DNA of 64,000 nt from Malacoraja senta (Eukaryota), in NCBI GenBank assembly GCA_038087875.1, contig CM076000.1, forward strand, positions 1,240,001 to 1,304,000. The letters are read 5' to 3'. Position numbers and translations under genes: made by a program. The notes below the pieces were generated by a model. The model made no database searches and was not told the DNA's origin. It worked only from the letters and a program-made list of their open reading frames with translations. Below are positions 1 to 12,139 of this stretch, piece after piece. Position 1 is the first letter of the stretch, and every line of letters starts with the position of its first letter.

Positions 1-3000
1 TTTTTCTGGCTAATTTGTACGCATCATCTTTTGCTTTGATACTATCCCTGATTTCCCTTGTTATCCACGGATGCACTACCTTCCTTGATTTATTCTTTTG
101 CCAAACTGGGATGAACAATTTTTGTAGTTCATCCATGCAGTCTTTAAATGCCTTCCACGTTCCATGATTGTAACGAGTTAATTATTAATTCTTCAAGAAA
201 GTAAACTGTAATTATAGAAAATGCTGTCCGGGGAAAATAAACTTGTTCCGGGATCTCTACAACCCACGAATAATTGTCCGTAAACATCACTTTTTAGAAA
301 AATGCAGAGGCTAGGTCAGAAATGTAGGCTTAAATGTTTATCACCATCTTTTCAGGAAAATACTACTTTGTCACAAAGCAAGCACTTTCATGTACTTTCA
401 TGTACAGAGCTGGTTCAGTACACAATACAAATGTCAGTTGGATGAACAAGTCATTGTTCCAAAAACAGCCGAGACAAAGGAGGTCAAATATTAACGTGAC
501 AATTCCCCTTTGGCATCACTTCTATACCAATTCTCAAAGTAAACTTCTCTCTCATTGCTAAAGTGAATAAAGAAAATACAGTCCAGCAATAAAACACATT
601 GGGTAAGTTTTTAAGGTATATGCAATTCAATTTAGTTTAGAGATACAGCATGGAAACTGCCCCTTCAGCCCACGCTGATCATTGATCACCATACACTGGT
701 TCTTTGTTAGACACTTTCGACATCTTACACACATCTTTTTTATTGTGTATTGTGTGTTCTTTTTTTTCTTGTACCGCTGCTGGCAAGTTCATTTCACTGC
801 ACTTTATGTGCACGTGACGAATAAATCGGACTTGACACAAGGAGCAATTTACAGAAGCCAATTAACCTACACGTCTTTGGAATGTGGGAGGAAACCGGAG
901 CACCCAGGAAAACCCATGCGGTCACACAGAGAACTTGCAAACTTCATTGGGGGATGGGTGTAACAAATGAACTGCAACACATGCAGCCATGTGACTCTCC
1001 AAACAAGTGACAATTTATTTCAAAAGAAGTCTTGCATTTTATGCATCTTTCATGTTCCTTTCAGGGCACCATGAACCACTTTACAACCAAATTAAGTTCT
1101 GTTGAATTATAGCCACCGTTAAGATATTGCTACCAATTTGCACACACAAACAGCAGTGAAATAGAAACCAGACAACTCCTTTGGGGAAAAAAAGGATGTG
1201 GCACGGGTTAAGAGAAATAATTCTCTTATCCCAAGAGAACCCACGGGGTCACAGAGAGAACGTGTAAACTCCACACAGACAGCACCCGAGGTCAGGATCA
1301 AACCCAGGTCTCTGGTCCTTTATGGCAGCAACTTTACAGCTGCACTACCGTGCCATTCTTCAATGAACTATATTAATACATAGGCTTTCCTTCTGCTTGG
1401 ATATTGCAAGTCCCATTTGAACTACTATACCATAAGTTCAATGACCTGCACAGCGTATGTATTCCCACATAAGAAGAGCAGGCTTTAACAAAATTAGATG
1501 AAGAGGAGGAAAAAAAAATCTGCAAGCAGTGCTCAGTTCGAACCACAAAGTTGTCATAATGAATGTCAAATCAGGAACAGAAAGCAGAACAAATCCGGGA
1601 AGGTTTGTATTCAAAGAGAAAGAAACACTGAAATACTTAATGTTTTAAATCACCAACAATAAGTAATGAGACACCACACAAAAAAAAATTCCAGCAGCAC
1701 AATAGTCAGTTGAAACTGTTAAAAGGGCATGGACAAGCCTCAACGTTTTTCTGAAACGCTCTTTGGAGGTAAGTGTAGGATCTAGAAGTGGGATGCCATT
1801 CTGGAACATTTTGCAAGCACAATTTTGTAAACCCAAAAGGCTGGGCAAAATGCATTATAGTATGCATTCTAGAATGCATTCTCTGGCACAGAATAGCCTA
1901 CCAGGGCAAAATAAATTCAGACGCGCCACAACTATTTTAAAAGTGTTATTTAATGCAATAAACTCAGCTAAGATAGCTTTACACAGCTTTGTAGAGTGAA
2001 GCATTCAAGATACTGAAAGTTGCTGCTCAAACTCCACACAAATAACAGTGAGTGACATTAACCCCATGTTTTCACCTCAAAATTTAGACCTTAGTACTAC
2101 AGAGATCCTTCCAGTACACACTCAAACATCTGGGAAATCCAGAAGTGAGCCTGTCCTTTTGTATTCATTTGTCATTTATGGAAAGCAGATGCTGGGAGAC
2201 CATGTGCCAGCTTTCATTGGTGGGTCAGTCGTGGAGAGAGTTAGCAGCTTCCAATTCCTGGGTACTAACATCTCAGATTGGTCAGGACCCAGCACATAGA
2301 TGTAACCATGAAGAAGGAATGCTGGTGTCTCTACCTTCTTACAAGTTTGTTGTGGGATATGGGCCAAATGCAGGCAGGTAAGACTAGTGTCGATGGGACA
2401 TGCTGGTCGATGTGGGCAAGTTGGGCCAAAGGACCCGTTTCCACGTTTTACTCTTCCTGACTGGATGCATCATGGCCTAGTTTCGCAAATCCAATGCACA
2501 GGAATGCAAGATGCTGCAGAGAGTAGTGGACATAGCCATTATAGGCACAGTCTTACCCATCATCCAAAGTATCTGTAAAATGTGTGCCTCAAGAAGGTGG
2601 CATCCATCATCAAGGAAACCCATCGTCTGGTCATACCCCTTTCAAGCTGCTACCATTAGGTAGATGGTGTGAAAGCCTGAAGTTGTACATCACCAGGTTC
2701 AGGAACAGTTACCTTCCTACAACCATCAGGTTTTTGAATTGACCTGCACAACCGTAAACCTACCTCGGAAATGGAACACTGTGGACCACCTCCTGAACTA
2801 CCACGGAATTGTGTGTTGTGTATAATTTAGGAATTTAGGTACAGTACGAGTACCTGTGATGCTGCTGCAATCAAGATCTTCATTTTACCTGTACCTCACC
2901 ATACTCATGAACATGACAATAACCTCAATTTGACTCCACCAAGCACATCCACCAATCAATCGCTTTACTTATAACTCAAACCTGTGGACACCAAAACTTA

Positions 3001-4595
3001 ACGTAGCCAAATGTAACAAACCCTTCCACTCATCTTATATTACCTATTGAAGGGCAGATCATGCAGAATCTGCCCAAAATTACCCCCCCCCCCCTCCCCA
3101 ACACTCCCTCTCCATCCACGAAAAAGGTCGCGACTTTTATAGATTCAGAACAAAGAAACAGGCCTGTTTAGCTCACCTCATCCATCCCAACCACGATGCC
3201 CATCTGCTCACATTAGGTCCATATCCCTCTATGCTTTTCACATACAAGTAACTGTTCAAATGTCTCTTAAACATTGTGTGAATAACTGTGGCCACTCCTC
3301 TAGCCATCACCCATCCTTCCTCAGAGTTGCTGCATGACCCGCTGAATTACCCCAGCACTTTGTGTCTATCTTCGGTATAAACCAGCATCTCCAGTTCCTT
3401 TCTACCCAATCCTCTGGCAGCTTGTTCCAGATATTTAACATCCTTTCTGTGAAAAACTTACCCCTCAGATCTCCTTTAAAAATCTTCCCTCCACCTTAAA
3501 CTGATGCACTCAAGTTCTAGACTCCCCTGCCCTAGGAAAAAAAAGATTCTGACCATCTGTCTATGTCCCTTATATTTTCGACCCTTGGTGTTACATTCCA
3601 GTTAGGTTACATCCAACTTATTAAATTTCTCCTTCCAACTGCTCTCCTCCTTTCTAGGCAAAACCTGGCAAATCTGTTCAGGAAGGTGGGACTAGTGTAG
3701 ATGGGGCATGCTGGTTGGCATGGGCAAGTTTCCACGCTGTACGACTCCAATATCTATCACACAGTCTTCTGCTACCATGGTAAATAAAGATAAAACAACA
3801 AAAATCTATCAAAACCCCAGCAATTGCTTCCTTAAGCATCCTTGGATAGATCCAATAAGGCCCTGGAGATTAATCCACCCTAATGCGTCCCAATATTTCT
3901 CGCACTTCCTCCTTCGTGATGCAGACTGGCACCAGAATATCTGCGCACTCCACCCTTAACTCTCCAGCCTCCATGTCCTTCTCCTTGGTGAATTTCTCCT
4001 TGGTGAGAAGTATCATTTAGGACCTTACACTTATCCCATGGGTCCACAAATAGTTACTTCCTGGGTCCTTGAAAGGACCTATTCTTTCATTAATTACCCT
4101 CTTGCTTCTAATACATTTAGGATTCTCCTTAATCCTACTTGTTAAGGTCACTTCATGATCATTGTCTTCCAAATTTTTTAAATTCTGTCCTAAACCTCGT
4201 GATCCGTTTGTTACCGACTTCCTATACCCGACATACTCTTTTTTCTACGATTGAACCTTCAATATATTTTATTATTTAATGTCCCATGAATTGACTATAT
4301 TTGCATCTCTGCACTAAACTAAAGTGAATGGCACACACCTTAACTTCAGAGAATTGCTGACTCAGGATTCTTACCGTTTCATTTTTTAACAGTCTCCCAC
4401 TTATCAGATGTTATTCTGCTGTCAAGCAGCTAGCTTTTCCTTATCTACCTCTCCCAGGTCCTGTTTTACACTATCAAAATCCACCTCCACCTAATGAGAA
4501 CCTGTTATCTTTTTACCATGACTATCTTGTAGCTTACAAACGATAGTCACTGTTCCTAAAGGGCTTTTCAAGAATCAAAGAGTATTTAATTGTCA

Positions 4596-4750
4596 CTAGA
4601 CCCAAGAGGGACCCGTTGGGTCCCGTCCCCTCAACGCGCGGTTGCGGGTGGGGGCGGCCTGCACGTCACACACACTAACCATCCCTCCTCACACACACAC
4701 ACCACCCCCCCCCCCCTTTTTAATATTATATTAATATTATTCATTCGCTC
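4596..4750 (-). mobile_element. Truncated Helitron 3' end
   Basis: CTAG at 4596-99 plus hairpin GGGACCC-GTT-GGGTCCC (4608-24), same family as the ends at 7195 and 41989. Confidence 0.6.
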
Positions 4751-7194
4751 CAAGTACAAATCTACAGTCTGCTTCAAAGAATACTAAAAAAAAATTACAA
4801 ATTACTCCCCATTTAAGCCGCTTGTACGAATGCACTCTGGTCAATATTGGGAAAGTTAAAATCCCACATTACTACAACCATATTGTTTTTAAAATTCTTC
4901 TCCAATCTGCCCGTATGTTTTATTGATACAGTTCACAACAACCGCTTTGATTTGGGTGATGGGAGTCAGACAATAAAAAAGTTAATACTTATTGCAGAAT
5001 ATACCATCCAAATGATAGAGGCACACAAATGGCCCTGCATTTGCTGACAATATTCTTTTGAACACCTTTATTGGGTGATGGGTATAACAAGAGAACTGCA
5101 AAACACGTCAGCCAGGTTATTCCCCAAACAAGCAAAAAACAAGTTATCTCAAAAGAAATTAGGACTTGCATTTTATGTATCTTTCATGTCCCTTTCAGTG
5201 CACCTGGAACCACTTTACAGCCAAATTAAATTGTTGAATTATAGCCATTAAGCCGTCATAAACACATTCACCAATTTGCACACACAAATAGGAGTAAAAT
5301 AGAAACCAGACAACCTGTTTTTCTGGCTTTGGGGAAAAAAATAGATATGGCACAGAATAAGAAGAAGAATTACATTATCCTAACCCAAACCCAAAATCAA
5401 CATTTTAGAGTGACATGGTTCCTTTAACTTCCACTTGAGTGAGCAGAGCTAACCTTGTATCATCCAACAGTGCAAGAAATCATTCAATGCTGCACTGAGC
5501 GACAATCCTGTGATTTTTTTTGCTGAAATTGGAGTGGAATTTGAACCAGGACTTCTTGACTCCGAGACAAGAGTAAAGCCAATTAGCGCAGCACCTTAAA
5601 CTGAACATTCTGTTACACTGCTTTTCCTTCATACTTTGCATAATTCTGTCACTAGCAACACGAGTCACATTTGAATTTCAAATCCCAAACTTATTTCTCT
5701 GACAGAGCAACCAATCAGCACTCACATCCCTGCCCACCACCAGGAAGTTGTAGTTGCCAAGCGAATATTTTTACTCAGCATATTGTGGTTGCTTGACCCA
5801 TCTGTGGAACTGGAGTAAGGGGACTGAGACTTTGTTACAGAAGTGAAGTGATTGTAAAGCAGTTGATAAATCAATTAAAAAATTGTCTAGTTATGCCTGT
5901 CATCACGTCCTCAGGACTGATGAGGGTGCAAAAGCATTTCAAGTAAATGTTAAACACAAAAATATCAGTCGCACTTTCCTGCATTTTAAAATGAAACCAT
6001 TATTCCTTGGTTGCCGTTATCTTTGCTGGATAGCAAGTCAAGCAGAACTTGCATCGTCTACAAACTTCAGCAAGTGCCTTCATAAATGTGATGAAAACCA
6101 TCAGTATTTATTGAATAGTTAAAATATAATTCAAAGATAGACACAAAAAACTGAAGTAACTCAGCGGAACAGGCAGCATCTCTGGAGAGAAGGAATGGGT
6201 GACGTTTTGGGTCGAGACCCTGCTACAGACATTTCAGTTTTTACCCGAAACGTCACTACCCGAACTACCAGAGACAAAATCGGCTGCAATTGTCCTCTAG
6301 CCACTGTTAAAATTCCTTCCTGATTTTAGATTCATGTGATAAAGTCAAGGAAACACAACCTTCAAAATGAAAAACAATTTCTCCGACTTGGATGGAATGC
6401 AGTTCCAGTTGTTCAGTTTAAGAGACCACAAAAACATAAGTAACAAATAAAAATGTACTATGTCTCTGTCAAGAACACATTTAAGGACACTTGATTCATC
6501 CATAGTAGTAGCCGAATTCATCCAGTCCCCTACCTTTTTGTAAGACTTTTTAATTGTACAACATGTACCATGCTAAGCAAGCCAGGGGCAAGAGGGAGAA
6601 AATTAAATAAAAAAATTAAAATAAGACACAAAACTCATGATGTAAAAAAATAATGGTGGATGGCTGAAAGCCTGGACAAAATGATGAGTAGAAACGGGTT
6701 TTAAAGTTGAGGAATGTAGTTCAACTTAAACCCAATTAGATTGTGGAGGGGGGGGGGGGGGGGGGGGGAGGTGTGTTTGGTTAATGGCAGCATAAGGGGG
6801 AGGAAGAAAGCAAGAATACAGATCAAAGCAAAACTGCCAAAGAATCTTGGTATAGAAAATGGCTTTTCAATGTCTCATCCAGTGACAACACCTGGAACAA
6901 TATAGCACTCAAGATATTGTCCTGAAATATCTCCCTAGATTACATGCTCAAGTTCTGCAGATGGATTTGTAAAACTCAAAATGTCAGTGTACAGTCATGT
7001 GATGTAAACAATCCTCGGTTTAAAGAAAAACTGCACAAAGAATACAAAACTAATAAAAAATGTAAATAAAAAGTTGGCCTTGAAAAGAGAGTTCTGGCAT
7101 ATACATCTATAATACTGCCAAAGCATCTAAAGTTGGTGATTGATGAAAAGGCCTTTGCATGCTTGTTTTCAGAACCTTTTATATTTATGGCAAA

Positions 7195-8355
7195 CTAGAC
7201 TAAGTGGGACCCGTGGGGGCGGGGGACGTGGGCGGGAGGGGGTAGGTGTGGGCGGGGGGAGGGGGTGTGCGTGGGCGGGGAGGGGGTGTGCGTGGGCGGG
7301 AGGGGGTTGTGTGGGGGGAAAGGGGTGTGTGGGTGGGGGGGAGTGAGCTCGGAGAAAAGACGGGGGAAGAGCCACGGAGAAGAGAGGGGCATCTCGGGGG
7401 AGGGGGGGGGAAAGACCAGTGAGGGGGACCAGAGGCGTAGTGGCTGGAGTTGGCGGTGCGATGGGGACTCACAGCGGGCACTGGTCGTTCTCCTCCGCCG
7501 GGATCAGAGTCTCCGCTTTCCGCTATCTCCGACTCCGGGCTGGGCAGGGTCTCCGACTCTGGGCTGGGCTGGGTCACGAATGCTGTTGTGCTTGGGGTTG
7601 GGCTGCTTGGGGCTGGGTCGCTCCGAAAATTGTGTCCGGTTGGAAAACTTCGCCGGCCATCCTCAGCTCCAGTAAAGACGCGATGGCGCAGGAAGGGGCG
7701 GACCATCCGGCGGAGTGACAGAAAAGACCAATGATAGTTGAAGAGTTGGTATGTCCTATTTACGTGATGCTCAAAAAAAAAAACATTTGTTTTTCTTTTT
7801 TTCTCTCTCTCTTTTCTTTTCTTAGGGCCTATTTCTTAACTCTTTTTCTTTTTGTTTTTAATTTCGCTCTCATAGGGTCCTCGTCCTTTTTTTTTTTGTT
7901 GTTACATTTTCTACACTTTTCTACACTTGCACTTTTTCCTTCACTTTCTTCTCTCTTTCAATCTTTTCTTTCTTTAGTGTAAAAAAAAAATAAAGGGAGT
8001 ACATTAATTGTAAGAAGATATAAATGACGAGTATTAATGTATGTGGCTGTGATGTAATGTACTTCTAATAAATAAAAATTAAAAAAAAAAAAAAAAAAAA
8101 AAAAGAAAAGACCAATCCACGTGGCGCCGACTGGCAGAAGAGATCAATCTGCGCACGCGCAGTTTTAAAGATTTTTAAACCTCACTAACTTTTACGACAT
8201 TGAACCGATCGGAACGAAACTTGGTGCACTCGCAGCACTGTAGAACGGTGAGTGAACTGTCGAAAAATCATAGCGTTATCGCAAACTGTTTTTGCGCAAA
8301 TAGAAAGACCGCCAAACTGGAAGATAACAAGATCAGAGTTTTAGTTATGTGTAGA
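7195..8355 (-). mobile_element. Non-autonomous Helitron
   Basis: Minus strand reads A|TCTACACATAACTAAAACTCTGATCTTG ... GGGTCCCACTTAGTCTAG|T; no TSD. Confidence 0.72.
7733..8103 (+). mobile_element. Poly(A)-tailed retroposed fragment, probably a 5'-truncated L1 3' UTR
   Basis: T-rich body, AATAAA at ~8067, pure A tail 8081-8104, 13-bp TSD AGAAAAGACCAAT (7720-32, 8104-16). Confidence 0.8.
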
Positions 8356-8684
8356 TGACAGGGACAAGATCAACATAACTATTTTCAATCCAATGTCACT
8401 GTTTTCAATTGTAAAAATGGAGAAGGGAAATTGAGTTTTTACTTTTTGATAAAGTATCCAGATTACATGTGCAGAGAACTGAGACATTTTATGCTTATTT
8501 TTTCTATATCTGTACATTCTAGGTTGTGATTATTGCCTTAAAAATATGGCACATTTCCTTAACTATCATGTAATATAGAAAAAAAGTAGACTTAAACATG
8601 ATAAATTGTCTGTCAAATCAAACCAATCATGAAATTCTACATAAATTGGACGAACAGCACTTCATATTTCACTTGGGCATCTTA

Positions 8685-9376
8685 AGGCCCTGTCTCACTT
8701 ACGTGTCCTTGGCACGCAAATTACGCGACCTCGTCGTCGCGTTGAGGCGCACGGGCATCGTGTGGTCGCGCAGGGCCAGTCCCAGTGAGAAGCGCGGAGG
8801 GGTATGGAGTTGTGCGCGGTATCGCGCGGTGCTCCAAAATTTTGGAACAAACAAAATCTTCGCGCGCCACTGGCCTGTCGCGTTACTGACAGCCAAAGTG
8901 GGACAGGTCCAAGACCCTGGCGCGACGCAACGTCTCACCTCCAACAGCAGCAGAGGCAGGCAAACGATCGCCGAGCTCGGCCTGGGGCTCACAGCCGTTG
9001 CGGTCCGGATCCGCCCCCACTGCTACTCCCAGAGCGGGGCCAAGAAAATTGAAGATAGACACAAAATGCTGGAGTAACTCAGCGGGACCGGCAGCATCTC
9101 TGGAGAGAAGGAATGGATGACGTTTCGGGTCAAGACCCTTCTTTCAGACTGAAGAGTCTCGACCCGAAACATCACCCATTGCTTCTCTCCAGAGATGCTG
9201 CTGGTCCAGCTGAGTTACTCCTGCATTTTGTGTCCATCTTCAAATGACGTCACACGCTCCAGACGACTGTGCGGACACATGAAGTCGCACGTGACCTTCG
9301 CGGGACCGTCACGCCTCAACGTGACCACGAGGTTGCGTAATTAGCGTGCCAAGGACACGTAAGTGGGACAGGGGCT
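8685..9376. mobile_element. PIF/Harbinger-like MITE
   Basis: Long TIRs AGGCCCTGTCTCACTTACGTGTCCTTGGCACGC / GCGTGCCAAGGACACGTAAGTGGGACAGGGGCT with TTA TSD; interrupts a Penelope fragment. Confidence 0.8.
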
Positions 9377-9653
9377 TTACACCCCAGCAGTATGAACATT
9401 GACTTCTTTAACTTCAAGTAACTCTTGCTTTCCCTCTCTCTATCCCCATCCCCTCCCCAACCCATTCCCAGTTCTCCGACCAGTCTTACTGTCTCCAACT
9501 ACATTTTATCTGTTTGCTTTGTTACCTTCTCCCAACTAACTATGATCTATTCTACATTTTCCTTGAACAATACCTTTGTCCTGTTTTCACACCTAACACT
9601 TCCTTATCTATGCACTTCCTTATTTATGTGACTCCCACTCACCTGACATCAGT

Positions 9654-9681
9654 CTGAAGAAGGGTCTCGACCCGAAACGTC
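9654..9681 (+). ncRNA. Minimal hammerhead-ribozyme motif in a Penelope-like terminal repeat
   Basis: CTGAAGA-A-GGGTC-TC-GACCC-GAAAC-GTC; identical copy at 51485-51512. Confidence 0.65.
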
Positions 9682-12139
9682 ACCCAATCCTTCTCTCCAG
9701 AGATGCTACTTGTCCTGCTGAGTAACTCCAGCATTTTGTGTCTATCGTCATTAAATTCTACCAGATAGCCATGATCCCTTATATCTACCAGATTCATCCT
9801 TATATCTCGGATGCCATCTGTGCCAGAATGCAAAAATAAAACCAATTAAAAAAAAAAAACTAAACTTTAAATGTTGTTCCAAATAGTGTCCAAATAGTTC
9901 CAAATGAAGACAATTTAGCTATTTAATGTTGATCACTGATAACCTTTTGCTTTATGAATTATTGTGCATCATGATCTCAACAATACTTTAGAAAAATGCT
10001 TGAAATTTAAAAAGGGGAAATGAACACCATTTAAAAAAACAAAACAGAATTTGGTATGGAGATTAAAATTTCAAGAGACCAAGGCTCGGAATCAGAAGAC
10101 TTCAAGGGCCTTGTATGACAATTTACCAGGAAGAGAAATAAGGAGAGATGACCAAGCAAGAAACAGGCAGTCGCACATAAAGGCATTAGTGAATAAATGT
10201 ATTCCCATGGGCAGCGCAAATTTGACAGAAGTAAACAAAAAACAGCTCTTTATAGGGTCCTTACAGAGACAGCTTGTCTTCAAATGCTATAAATTTTACC
10301 AAGCGATAGCTAGGCACAAAGGGAAGATTATAATACATCTCTCAGATGCCAAAAGTTAGATTCCTTACCCTCAAAACCCGATCCGAGAATGATTGGAGTC
10401 ATTGCCCTAGGTTTGTTTCTCTCAGGACTAGTTCCAATACATATTGCTTCAAAAAGATATCTGATCTCTGGGCACTTTGCTACAAATACATGCAAGGATT
10501 CTGAGAAAAGATTATAATTTATGAGAATTGTGTTTGCAGTAGTTTGCTGGGACTTTCCTGAAAATAGAAATTGATACTGGTGAACGATCATTAGGCAACT
10601 TAAAAAACTCCAGTAAAGTTAATTAAGCTTAGCCCATCTGCCATAGTCCAAAAACGTCATTACCACAAACATGGAAAATGACAATACTGTACTGAATACA
10701 AAAGGCACATTTTCTAGTGTATGTAACATGAACGTCTAAAAACAAATAGTTCTGAAGAAGGCATTTTGGATGCTCCAACTGCAAGCTATTTATTGCACCC
10801 GATCCAGGTGATTTACAGAGTGCAGCTCACAGCAGATATACAAGCCAAAGAGAGATCCTCCTGTGCAAACACAGCTGCTTCACTGTCTTGTATAGAATTA
10901 GTACTCTTTAACTAGCATAACCAAACTCAGGAATCAGATGGAGAAAGGCCATTACACTTCAACTTGTTTTCATTCAATAAGGTCATCTGATCTTTTGCCA
11001 AAGATCCACTTTCAGACAATATTATGGCATCCAAACATTCCTTCAATGTCCTAACTTTTATACTCCCTAAACAAAACCCTACCCATCTTTCTCCAAGAGA
11101 GATTTGGCTACAAGCTTGCTGGTTAAAAAAAAGGACAAGACATTTCTGTACTTTATAGGTTTACACTGGCCTTGAATCTGAAGACATAAAGAACGTGCTA
11201 ACATTCAACTTTCATGTTTAAAACCCCTTTAGTACTGCAGTACATTGGGTATGGAGGGATACGATTCATGTGCAGGCAGAGGAGATTAGTTTAATTAGAT
11301 ATCATGTTTGGAACAGACATAGTAAATTGAAGGGCCTGTTCCTGTGCTGTACTGTTTAATGTCTATGTTTAAAAGATAGTTCCAAGGGCAAAAGAGGTAA
11401 AGGTAAATAATTCCAGAAGGTGGCATCTGAATAGAAAAATGCAGTAATGAATTTATAAGAAAGATGAGCAATGATTAATGATGTAGAGTGAGGATGAGAC
11501 ATATTCAATTGTTGTGACAGATCAACCAGATTTAAACGTTTTGAATCATGGGGAGAGTGGTATTTTGAAAGAACATATTCCATTTTGTTGGTATTATTGT
11601 GAGATTTTACTAGTAGAGTGGCAATTGGGAAGACTCTAATATGTCCAAGTGCAAAAGCCTTTGTAAAATGGAAGCAAGATTAGACTAGAGTAGTGGACAG
11701 GCATATCTACTGTGGATTATCACCCAGCCAACCTTTTCTTTTCCCCACCCAGTGCATAGACAAAACATTGTGCATATTTAAGTTAAGATGCAGGGCTGCA
11801 AATTAAAATTCACATCTAAACCAGATCAATGATCAAACAAGACCAAGTAATATCAAAACACCATTTTGTATCCTACCAAAACCTCTACCACTTCTGAAAT
11901 CCAGAAGGCAATCTCATCCATTTATTCTCATTCAATTTAAACATCTTTAACTTTAAGATGCATCATTACCCAGAGGGCTGAATTGCTTATGAACTGTAAC
12001 ATTCAATGTACTATATTAAAAACCCATTGCACATTTGCATTAATTTAAAATTCATTTAAATTGGATAATTAATGTATCCTTTCCTAGTCTAGATGTAGTC
12101 ACTGCAGGCAATTGCACAGTGCCAATAATGGCTTAACAC

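Noticed and set aside
7140..7734. Cluster of overlapping GC-rich ORFs resembling a CpG-island exon
   Set aside because: Lies inside a Helitron; low complexity and no recognisable protein
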